Assembly (NCBI GenBank): GCA_964035545.1
Contig: OZ037765.1
Location: 26,783,504-26,847,503 of the forward strand
DNA length: 64,000 nucleotides
Direction: 5' to 3'
Origin: Bugula neritina
Taxonomy: Eukaryota > Animalia > Bryozoa
Shown piece by piece: positions 37,401 through 46,550 of the stretch. Each line of letters begins with the position of its first letter. Positions within the stretch are counted from its first letter, which is position 1. The notes beneath the pieces were generated by a model that saw only the letters and a program-made list of their open reading frames with translations, did not search any database and was not told the DNA's origin. Made by a program: the position numbers and the translations under genes.

Positions 37401-39536
37401 ACGTTAGCAGCAGACAACCGTCAGCAAGAGAGGGACCGCGTCGTCTGTCCACGCGCCCTCCGACGGGAACTGATCTGGGACACCCATAAGCAGGCTCATT
37501 CTGGAGTCAGTCGGGTCATCAGGTGTCTGCGGCTGCGTTGGTATTGGCCCGGAATGACTCGGGACGTACGACTGCGGGTACGGCAATGCGAGGTCTGCCA
37601 AGCTAGCAAGCATGGCCGCCCCACGGAAACCACTGGTCGACGCCGGCTATACGCTGGTCGACCGTGGCAAGTAGTGGCGGTAGACCTCGTCGGGCCTATG
37701 CCGTTATCCGCCAGAGGGAACACCTGGATACTGGTGCTCACGGACCACTTTACCCGGTGGGCAGATGCTCTGGCTATTCCAGACGCAACAGCCCCCACGG
37801 TGGCCCGGACCCTGGACCAACATGTGTTCTGTTACCTCGGTTTACCCGAGCAGATACATACGGACCAGGGTGCCCAGTTCCAGTCCCAGCTCATGGGAGA
37901 CCTCTGCCGGATATGGGGGGTGAACCAGAGTCGGACCACCCCATATCACCCGCAAGGGAACGGAGTCGTCGAGCGGAACAACAGGATGTTGGGTGACGCC
38001 CTCAGGAGCCTGCTCCTTGGTCGAGGTCAGGAAGAATGGGACGTGGTGCTGCCGCAAATCATGCGGGCTTACCGCAGCACACCACACTCCGCCACGCAGG
38101 AGACCCCAAACTTCCTGATGCTAGGCCGAGAGACGCGGGTTCCGGAACACCTGACATACCATGTTCCTGCCCCCGAGTCACCGGTACACGAATATGTGGA
38201 GGGTCTGATAGACATCATGGGCAAAGCTCATGATGCACTGCGTACCCAGCAGTGGCAGACCCGCACAGAGGACTCGGAAGAGCCCCCGTTGTACCAAGTG
38301 GGAGACTGGGTCTGGATGGTGAGCTACCGTAGGCGACGCGGACAGTCGGCTAAACTTCAGCCCAAGTTCGTCGGTCCCTACTGTGTAGTGGAGGTGCTGC
38401 CCAACCACACATACCGTGTGGAGCGCTCTGGACAGGTCTCGGTCCAGAGCGAGCAGCGCCTGAAGCCTTACCATGCCAGCCCAGACGCAGTGGGTGAGGC
38501 TCCACCCCTCCTGGAGCCCCACCGCCAGCCCAACCGTCGAGGACGGGCCACCCAGCCCCGAGAGGTGGAAATTGTGGTTCCCAGAGAGTCGGACCAGGAG
38601 CAGGCCGCCTTGATAGAGCAGCTGGAGCGACAGCAGAGAGAAGAGCGGGAACAGGAACAGCGGGAAGCCCTAGGACCACCACCCTCCCTGGGGGAGGACA
38701 CCCCCACCCCCGTGTTGGGTGAAGGCGGGGACCCCCCTACTAGGGTAGCCCAGGAGCCACCAACACCACAGGTGCCTGTTCCAATTGAGAGGAGCCAGCG
38801 GTCAAGAAGACCCCCCAGGTATCTGGCAGACTATGCTGTAGGGCACCTGGAGTGGCCCCCTCATGAAGACAACCCACCCAGTACGGACGACCACCCCATC
38901 TTGGCTGGAAATTCCCTCCATCACCCTGGAGAATTCCACCAAGAAGAAGATTTCACACAGCTAGCACGTGAGTTACAGCTCAAGTTGAATTCTAATCCTG
39001 ATACCCCTAAGTATAATTTAAACACTGTTATTCAGACACTAGCATCAGCTATGGGAGTTACCTCGCCAGATACCCAAACAGAGGAGCGTAAGGATACCGA
39101 GGAGGCCAGTCGATCCGACTCCCCTCCCCCACCAGCTCCTGTTTCGGCTCCCCGCAGCCAGCAGTACGACACCCCCTCTTCCGAGGTGTGTTCCGCCAGC
39201 GTTAGTGGCCCTGACCCCGAACCGGTTGAGCTCCAGCTCATAGCTGGGGAGGAGCAGGGCACTCTATACGGCGACCACCTCGCAGGCAGAGACGAAGAGG
39301 ACTCTCCAATACTGGCAATGCCTCGGGCCCTGGTCGCCCGCCAGTATTGGATATCTGGAGCACCAGGCAACCAGATAGAAGAACAGACTCAGCCAACCCA
39401 CCCACAATTGCCCCGTCACGGGCAGAGTATGGCACTTCCTTACCGAGAGTGCGTCCTGGATAGCGCAATCGAGGCCTGGTCCCATATCCTCGATCCAAGT
39501 ACAGAAGAGATAGAAAGCCTGGTGCACCACCTCTAA
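34437..39536 (+). CDS. pol: Pol polyprotein (protease, RT, RNase H, integrase, long C-terminal extension), expressed as a Gag-Pol fusion
   Basis: LLDTGC (protease), WRFCVDYRRLN, LPFGL, YLDD (RT), LDTDAS (RNase H), H..H..CEVC, VDLVGP, TDQGAQF, NGVVER (integrase DDE) and PKFVGPY. No internal stops. Confidence 0.95.
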   Translation, partial: FKHPRLTVTSANRGPHANPIRDRTRRGEEETSTGSADTEWQRPRRPRRPQGLPDPPAVSLETRMQLEEAGWQAPRRSRRPQGLPDPPAWPLQNRFAGLPEEVVEEVSAYSQEYPKLPSRPQKTPVVSKTKRRPAVRTQVVSPPETDRSRSTQPYGSSYFLPGKISGKAATFLLDTGCTTNLLSRRLFDTLGARERASLEPYEGAHGTLADGSCIPFYGVISLPGRVRDQAIHETFIVSQLKEDAILGMPFLEKHQCHMDFQKSVVVMAGKELVCVDKFGRPLVGGVQVVRDCTVPGRSQATLRCRVNCKGIAGLGVVEGTHGAIRLANSLNRLDCRQELLVQCINPFTEPVRLSAGALVGKYHSIQEADVGPALETVADTQGNPPHTRRGAVPEHMADLYDGACGNCTSSTERQVLAQLLAEYSDVFSRGDGDMGLTKVISHEIPLAAGTTPIRQPTRRLGPEKEKEVSRQVQDLLDRDLIEPAHGAWSSPVVLVKKKDGSWRFCVDYRRLNSVTIQDAYPLPRIDESLDALAGSKYFSTLDLLSGYWQVPLSPDAQDKAAFITRDGLWKWKVLPFGLTSAPATFQRLMEQVLSGLHWKTLLIYLDDVIVISPDFSTHVSRLREVFDRLRAAGLKLKPSKCALLQPEVTYLGHVVGRDGVATDPEKVQAVKEWTVPRDLPELRAFLGLVGYYRQYIPGFAGVAQPLNRLTAKGVRWQWTQEEQQAFDHLKQRLMEAPILAYPDPAQEYILDTDASDHSVGAVLSQVQGGSEVVVAYYSKTLAAAEKNYCTTRKELLAVVKAVKHFRPYLYGRTFRLRTDHASLIWLCKRAEPSSQVARWLEILAEFSYRIEHRAGRKHGNADGMSRRPVGDCKQCLHIEKRDGGPARLDVETELGEGAVYRWEHGHLRTETHSDDVQALHANPTLYQNVKELCRLQETLPGAVADIFRAKKEGRRPSEEQQRQGDVEFQLLCRRWDALKVSPDGLLMITLAADNRQQERDRVVCPRALRRELIWDTHKQAHSGVSRVIRCLRLRWYWPGMTRDVRLRVRQCEVCQASKHGRPTETTGRRRLYAGRPWQVVAVDLVGPMPLSARGNTWILVLTDHFTRWADALAIPDATAPTVARTLDQHVFCYLGLPEQIHTDQGAQFQSQLMGDLCRIWGVNQSRTTPYHPQGNGVVERNNRMLGDALRSLLLGRGQEEWDVVLPQIMRAYRSTPHSATQETPNFLMLGRETRVPEHLTYHVPAPESPVHEYVEGLIDIMGKAHDALRTQQWQTRTEDSEEPPLYQVGDWVWMVSYRRRRGQSAKLQPKFVGPYCVVEVLPNHTYRVERSGQVSVQSEQRLKPYHASPDAVGEAPPLLEPHRQPNRRGRATQPREVEIVVPRESDQEQAALIEQLERQQREEREQEQREALGPPPSLGEDTPTPVLGEGGDPPTRVAQEPPTPQVPVPIERSQRSRRPPRYLADYAVGHLEWPPHEDNPPSTDDHPILAGNSLHHPGEFHQEEDFTQLARELQLKLNSNPDTPKYNLNTVIQTLASAMGVTSPDTQTEERKDTEEASRSDSPPPPAPVSAPRSQQYDTPSSEVCSASVSGPDPEPVELQLIAGEEQGTLYGDHLAGRDEEDSPILAMPRALVARQYWISGAPGNQIEEQTQPTHPQLPRHGQSMALPYRECVLDSAIEAWSHILDPSTEEIESLVHHL

Positions 39537-39710
39537 TGATAAAACCGGACAACCAGGGGCCGCTGGCAATAGCCAACTGAGCTGTAAATGTTCTCGTGTT
39601 ACGTGTGATTAATCATAATACCTTCCTGTTAACCGCATATTTTTCTACGTTTGTGTTTCATTTTTTTTGTGTGGAATCATTGTTTTGTTATCGAAAAGGG
39701 ATGCTTTTCG

Positions 39711-39723
39711 ATGGGGGGGAGAA
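39711..39723 (+). promoter_or_regulatory. Polypurine tract
   Basis: Purine-rich G run followed by AGAA immediately before the 3' LTR. Confidence 0.85.
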
Positions 39724-40290
39724 TGTGATAGATTCTCATCCTCTACTGTTCTCAAGTAACTGCGTGTGTCAGTATTATAATTACTGTTGCGTATATTTTG
39801 AATGCCGTAATTGTAGCTAAGTTGCACTAGCTTTCTAATGCCTTATTATTGTGATTAAGCTTTCAGTATAATGTAATTTTCATTAAATACGCATTTCCAG
39901 AGTTATTTTCCCTTTTTGCTATTTCATCGTTTTGCATTAATACTGATACTGGAAATTTGTGTAGCTTTTATGAATGCCTTCAATAGGTTGTTATTATAGC
40001 TAAATTCTTGGCCTATTGAATTATTCATTCTCCTTTGTCTATTTTTCTTTTGTTACTGTCAAGCTTAACTTTCTTTTGTCTGTTGGAACATTCTAGATGT
40101 GAATTCTTGTGTATAAAAGCAGGCGAGTTTCCAGTGTAGCTTCAGACTACTACTGGAGCTCGCTGGTAGTAGGACCACATGAGCTGTATCTGATACAATA
40201 AAGGTTATCCTCATTTGTACTCAAATACTTGGCTTATTCTTTCTAGAGCATGTAGGCACTAGTTGCATTCAGAACCCACAGTTTACTACA
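39724..40290 (+). repeat. 3' LTR (567 bp)
   Basis: Same length as the 5' LTR, with no differences found by eye. Confidence 0.96.
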
Positions 40291-41003
40291 ATTTTACTCC
40301 AGCTGCCTTATAAAGGAGTAACAGGAGAAAAACTAATCCGCTCCCTCAATAAATTAATTACAGACTCTTTTTCAAATGAACTCAATGCCCGGATTTTATT
40401 TAAAGGAACCCCCTTAAGTTCACATTTTAATCTCAAAGATAAAACCAATAAAGAACACATTCACAACCTAGTCTACAAAATAACCTGCCCTGAAGCTACC
40501 TGTCAACAAACATATGTAGGCGAAACCGGACGTCGCCTATCACACAGGATACATGAACACTGCCATGACATCAATTCCAAAATTTATCAACACATCTCTA
40601 CCACTAATCATGGAAACATATCAATAGACAATGTAACAGTTTTAAATCATTCATTTAAAGGAATCCACCATCGAAAAGTAGCCGAAGCTCTCTACATTAA
40701 ACAAATAAAACCGCAAATCAATAAACAAAATTACTCCATACCACTAAAACTATATCAATAGCTCCACACTACTCAACTCTCACATAGTTTCACTAATTCT
40801 TGCTGTTTTTATATTTGGATATCTATTTTTTTGTCAACTCTAATTTATTTTTTATGCAAAAAAATCAGTATAATTTTTGACCTGCGTAATATATAAAATA
40901 AGATTATCTCCCTAAGTTTCAATAATTTACAATAACTGCCACTCTCTATTCTTTTTGTCATGCGTAACGTCTAACGTAACATAATAATTTTTGAATTTCA
41001 TTC

Positions 41004-41052
41004 ATTGCTACTCTGAAGATGGGTACAGTGGTACCCGAAATATCAGTGTAAT
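41004..41052 (+). ncRNA. Minimal hammerhead ribozyme in the 3' end of Penelope copy A
   Basis: ATTGCTACT - CTGAAGA(T) - GGGTAC AGTG GTACCC - GAAA - TATC - AGTGTAAT. Stem I is ACT/AGT extended by ATTGC/GTAAT. Stem III is reduced to palindromic ATAT. Confidence 0.75.
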
Positions 41053-41100
41053 TACTTTACCTAATAAAGTAATAAATAACAATGTTTCTCGTATACCTAT

Positions 41101-41250
<150 letters not shown>

Positions 41251-41299
41251 AATAGGTATACGAGAAACATTGTTATTTATTACTTTATTAGGTAAAGTA

Positions 41300-41348
41300 A
41301 TTAAACTGATATTTCGGGTACCACTGTACCCATCTTCAGAGTAGCAAT
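41300..41348 (-). ncRNA. Minimal hammerhead ribozyme (copy B 3' end)
   Basis: Reverse complement of the 41004-41052 motif, with core and stem II identical. Confidence 0.7.
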
Positions 41349-42829
41349 GAATGAAATTCAAAAATTATTATGTTATGTTAGACGTTACGCATGACACAAA
41401 GAATAGAGAGTGGCAGTTATTGTAAATTATTGAAACTTAGGGAGATAATCTTATTTTATATATTACGCAGGTCAAAAATTATACTGATTTTTTTTGCATA
41501 AAAAATAAATTAGAGTTGACAAAAAAAAAAAATAGATATCCAAATATAAAAACAGCAAGAATTAGTGAAACTATGTGAGAGTTGAGTAGTGTGGAGCTAT
41601 TGATATAGTTTTAGTGGTATGGAGTAATTTTGTTTATTGAGTTGCGGTTTTATTTGTTTAATGTAGAGAGCTTCGGCTACTTTTCGATGGTGGATTCCTT
41701 TAAATGAATGATTTAAAACTGTTACATTGTCTATTGATATGTTTCCATGATTAGTAGTAGAGATGTGTTGATAAATTTTGGAATTGATGTCATGGCAGTG
41801 TTCATGTATCCTGTGTGATAGGCGACGTCCGGTTTCGCCTACATATGTTTGTTGACAGGTAGCTTCAGGGCAGGTTATTTTGTAGACTAGGTTGTGAATG
41901 TGTTCTTTATTGGTTTTATTTTTGAGATTAAAATGTGAACTTAAGGGAGTTCCTTTAAATAAAATCCGGGCATTGAGTTCATTTGAAAAAGAGTCTGTAA
42001 TTAATTTATTGAGGGAGCGGATTAGTTTTTCTCCTGTTACTCCTTTATAAGGCAGCTGAAGTAAAATGTGTTTCCTGTTGTCTTTTTCACTGAGTAGTCC
42101 GTCACCAATGTTGTTAATAGTTTTCTCTATTACATATTTAGGGTAACCATTTTTATGTTCAAAAACATTTCGAATATAGTTTAGTTCTTGGGTCTTAAGT
42201 GCTGGAGTAGAACAGATTTTATTAGCCCTTAATACTAGTGACTTGAGTGTGCTTAGCTTCCACGTTTTTAGTGAGAAAGAGTTCCAATGTAAATATGTAT
42301 CGTTATGTGTTGGTTTGCGGAATACTGTGGTTTCCACTGAGCTATTGTGTCGCAAAACTGTAACATCCAGAAAAGAAAGTGATTTATTGGTTTCTAGTTC
42401 GTGAGTAAATTTTATGTTAGGATGAAAATTATTAAGTGTGTTGAGTGTTGTGTTAATATAATCAGGGTCTATTGTTGCAAATGTGTCATCTATGTATCTC
42501 ACCCAAGGTGACATTGAATTCAACTTTGGTATTACTTTCTGTTCTAGTTTTGTCATGAATATATTTGCAATTATTGGTCCTAGAGGAGATCCCATAGCAA
42601 TAGTTTCACTAATTCTTGCTGTTTTTATATTTGGATATCTATTTTTTTTTTTTTTTGTCAACTCTAATTTATTTTTTATGCAAAAAAAATCAGTATAATT
42701 TTTGACCCGCGTAATATATAAAATAAGATTATCTCCCTTAAGTTTCAATAATTTACAATAACTGCCACTCTCTATTCTTTGTGTCATGCGTAACGTCTAA
42801 CATAACATAATAATTTTTGAATTTCATTC

Positions 42830-42878
42830 ATTGCTACTCTGAAGATGGGTACAGTGGTACCCGAAATATCAGTTTAAT
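42830..42878 (+). ncRNA. Minimal hammerhead ribozyme (inverted end of copy B)
   Basis: CTGAAGATGGGTACAGTGGTACCCGAAATATCAGT. Confidence 0.7.
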
Positions 42879-42960
42879 TACTTTACCTAATAAAGTAATA
42901 AATAACAATGTTTCTCGTATACCTATTTATAATCAAATTGCTAGCTCGTAAAGATATATT

Positions 42961-43042
<82 letters not shown>

Positions 43043-43068
43043 AATATATATACATTTGTATATATATA
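42961..43068. repeat. (TA)n microsatellite
   Basis: TA run abutting copy B. Confidence 0.93.
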
Positions 43069-43978
43069 TGTGGGTGCAGATTAATTTTATTTGTTATACC
43101 TTTGAGGGCCACATAAATGTATAGGTTGAGCGCCACATCCAGCCCTGGGGCTCCTTGTTGGACAGCGCTGCCTTAGAGGTTGAGAACAGCAGAAATTGAG
43201 ATTTGCTTTCATATATGACAGTGTTTGTGTAGTGTTGACACCTATATGGAAAAATTTGACTTATAAGTTATAACAGTAATGCATTAATACTTACATTTCA
43301 ATATTGATTATATGGCATTTGAAGGTTATGGCTACTTTATAAATTAGCCTTGATTGCACAATGCCCATGTGAACTAGTGGTCTTTTTCTTAGTAACAGCT
43401 TGAAGTTTTAGTTTTTTTTTGTATTTCAAATTGACAGTTGGATCTAGTTTGAAAAAATTAAGCTGAATTTAAAAAAAGAATTCATATCTGTATTGAGTAA
43501 CTTTCTGCTAAACTTTGATATTGCATATTAAAATATTATCTAATATTATACATTTACAAATATATGCATTTCTTATAAACTTTAGAACATAGATCTTACT
43601 ATCCAATATAATTACAGTAAGATTATGAAAGTTGTATGCTATAGCTAAATTTATCACGAAGTTATATACATGCACAAAACTATAGAAACTTTTTGGTAAA
43701 CCAACCAATAGGTAATTAGTCTATATAATTTCTTATATAAATTGAATTCATGTGTTGTGAGTATAGATTATTAGGTATATTTCATTGCTTTATAATATGT
43801 ATTCTAATTTATATGCAGCATTAAAATGTTTATATAGTAATGCTATCATAACAAGAATGCTATTGGAAATAGTTATAGAATACCTATTGCTATAAAAATA
43901 AAATTGTGAAAATGTTTGAAATTTTTGAGAAAAATTCACTTCATTGTTGAAGTTTACTAAGAAAAGGCAAGGTCCAAA

Positions 43979-45899
43979 ATGAATGCTTTCAGATTAGTGG
44001 GTGATTTATTTCACCTGATTGCATTAGTTTTACTTCTTATTAAAATATGGGCTTCAAAATCTGTCACCGGTAAGAAATGATCTTTTCAAGCAATTACTTA
44101 ATATGCATGAATTGTTAATTTCAATCAAGATATTTATAGAATATTCAGTTTTAAAATAATTTATCTATTTCAGCAATTGCTAATAATGCTACACTAACTT
44201 AAAAGCTTATAGCAAAATAAATAGATCATTAATTTGTTACCAACATGGTATAATATTTTACTTCCTACAGCTGCATGTCTAACACTTAAACTAAATCCAA
44301 TTAAATAGGACTTGTCAATTAATACTGCAGACATCTGTCCTTACAATTAGACTGTTTGCAGGACTATATCATAATTACATACTGCTGCCATTACAATGTC
44401 AAAGGTGCAAAGTCTTTAAAAATTATGCCTACACATAATAAGCCCGCAGACTTTATTATTACATTTTTATATGAGAATAAATTTAAGTTGTTGAGTGGGT
44501 TACATTAGACTTAGTGTAATAGACAGTTCATACCATATATCAACTCTAACTGTTGTTATCCTGATTTGTAGGAATCTCAGGCAAATCTCAGCTGCTCCTA
44601 GCAATAGTGTTCTGTACAAGATACGTTGATCTCTTCACTCACTTTGTCTCACCATACAACACATTGATGAAAATATTTTTCCTGGCTTTATCGTGGGCAA
44701 CGGTGCATTTGGTTTACGGAAAGTTCAAGTCAACTTATCTTGCTACAAGTGATACTTTTAGAATTGAGTTCCTGATTGTGCCTTGCGCTGGGCTGGCTTG
44801 TTTGGTGAACCATGATTATAGCCCTGTAGAGGTAATGTATTCAGTCTTCATTAATCCTGGTGTAAATGCATCAAACTTGGTGTGCATTATATAGAGAGCA
44901 TGCGTTTGAATATTTTTTTATGCAACTGCTTTACTTTGTAATATCTACACTTCCTTCCCAAGTATAATCAACATGTATCGACTAAAAATTCAATAAAAAA
45001 ATATTTAAATATAGCATTTATATGCATAACTTTTGTTTAGAGCACAGCTTTGGTATTCTAGTTAGTATTTTGCCAGTTATTCAATTGGGGACAATCAAGG
45101 AAAAACAACTTCTCACACTATAATCACAAGACTACTGCGGAACTGATTTTGATGGCTACCTATCTCTATTTCTCCTATCAAACATGAATTTTATCAACTA
45201 TATCATAACATAGTTACAATCATAAGATAATCATATTAGGAGTTCCTAAAAGTTATGGTAGCCGAAATATCAAGTCTTCAAATCAGCACTGATTAGTGCT
45301 ATTGTTGAGCAAATAGAGTTCTCCTTATTGCAGTCTTGTAATTTGTACTTATGTCACACTTATTTAGGTGATGTGGACTTTCTCTATCTACTTGGAATCA
45401 GTTGCTGTCCTGCCACAACTGTTCATGATAAGCAAAACTGGTGAAGCAGAGATTGTGTCGGCTCAGTACCTCTTCTGCTTGGCATGTTATCGGGCCCTGT
45501 ACATCCTCAACTGGATCTACCGATTCTATACTGAGCACTATTTTGACTTGATTGCTGTAGTTGCAGGAACTGTGCAGACCATTCTCTATGCAGACTTCGT
45601 CTACTTGTACATCACAAAAGGTTTAACTTCTGTTAACTTAAGATTACAACTAGTTATTTGTTCAAATCTAGATATGGCTCTACCAGGAAAATTACATAAC
45701 AAGATTGGTTAGAAATAAGTTTATTAACTTTTTACAGAAATATTTTACAGAATAATCTTCTCATTGGTGTTTACATAATAAATTATTTTGAACAGAGGAT
45801 TTGCTGCTTGGAGGTGAGGAAGATGCGGCAGGAATTGGTGGTGCCACCACCGTTACAGCATCTGGAGCGGCTTCGGAGGAAGAAGACAAGTCTGAGTAA
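43979..45899 (+). CDS. KDELR: ER lumen protein-retaining (KDEL) receptor, ERD2 family; exons 43979-44069, 44572-44831, 45368-45620, 45796-45899
   Basis: [80 protein letters not shown] and QTILYADF. The last exon is inferred from the AG acceptor and reading phase. Confidence 0.93.
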
Positions 45900-46550
45900 C
45901 TGATAGAAGTGAGTTTTCAGTTATAACTGTACATGTTGAGTTTAGCAAATGTACAATGACTTTGATATTGCAATACATGATCCTCTCTGCTTGTATTTTG
46001 GTTTTTTTTTTCAAATTAAAATAATCAATACATTATGGAAATTATTTTGTTATTTGTCAATGTGAAGGTCACACTTTTCTGTTTTATCAATGATAAGTTC
46101 ATTTTAGAAATCAACAAGAAGATAATTTTTCAAAGATTCCAAAATGGCACAAACAAGGTCTTGCCCAAACTAAATCAAAGAGCAAAGTTTCAAGTAATTA
46201 GCAAAGAATAAGTTTAATGTAATTCTATGTTTTAAAGTTATAAATAAAATTTATGATATTAAATCATATGACAGCAATAGCTCTGATTATATGAAATGTA
46301 TTGTTACATTACACTTCATAGATAAAGTAATTAGTACCTAAACTGGCCATAGCCAAACAAATTTATCAGGAAAAAAATCAAATATTTAAAAAGAACGTGA
46401 TTGCACTAACTTGAAATTAACAGCGCAAACTAGTAATAGAATTGCTGTAGAATTGTAGCTACTAAGCTAATGGGAATTTATATAAAAATTCCAGCTTCAT
46501 TAATATTACATTATCAAAAAAAACATTGAACACTATAGAATAAAATGGTT

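Larger units (their letters stand above)
32939..40290 (+). mobile_element. Full-length Ty3/Gypsy LTR retrotransposon
   Basis: TG...CA LTRs at both ends, ATTT target duplication (32935-32938 and 40291-40294), PBS, PPT, and gag plus pol in PR-RT-RH-IN order. Confidence 0.97.
31238..40761 (+). pseudogene. Disrupted Penelope RT-GIY-YIG ORF (frameshift near 31880; LTR element inserted at 32939-40290)
   Basis: Motifs NFSSVQLT..ARGL, IKQDKGKGTVVM, FYGMAKIHK, MRPIIS, SFDVVSLFT, QTDGVAMGSPLGP, RYIDD, LSFLDV and FRKPTH. After the LTR element, LVYKITC..C.QTYVGETGRRL..RIHEH (GIY-YIG). A missing A in the ACAAAACT run shifts the frame between the 31238 and 31825 ORFs. Confidence 0.9.
41247..42960 (-). mobile_element. 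Penelope-like copy B: 5'-truncated within RT, with an inverted 3' UTR copy (42600-42960)
   Basis: 41247-42600 is the reverse complement of copy A from AMGSPLGP through GIY-YIG and the 3' UTR, without the LTR insertion. 42600-42960 is a plus-strand repeat of the 3' UTR with an extra tail of about 27 nt. Confidence 0.92.

Noticed and set aside
33645-39576. Many overlapping alternative-frame and antisense ORFs inside the Gypsy element
   Set aside because: Expected from high GC content and few stop codons. No motifs, and no env-like signal peptide or transmembrane ORF.
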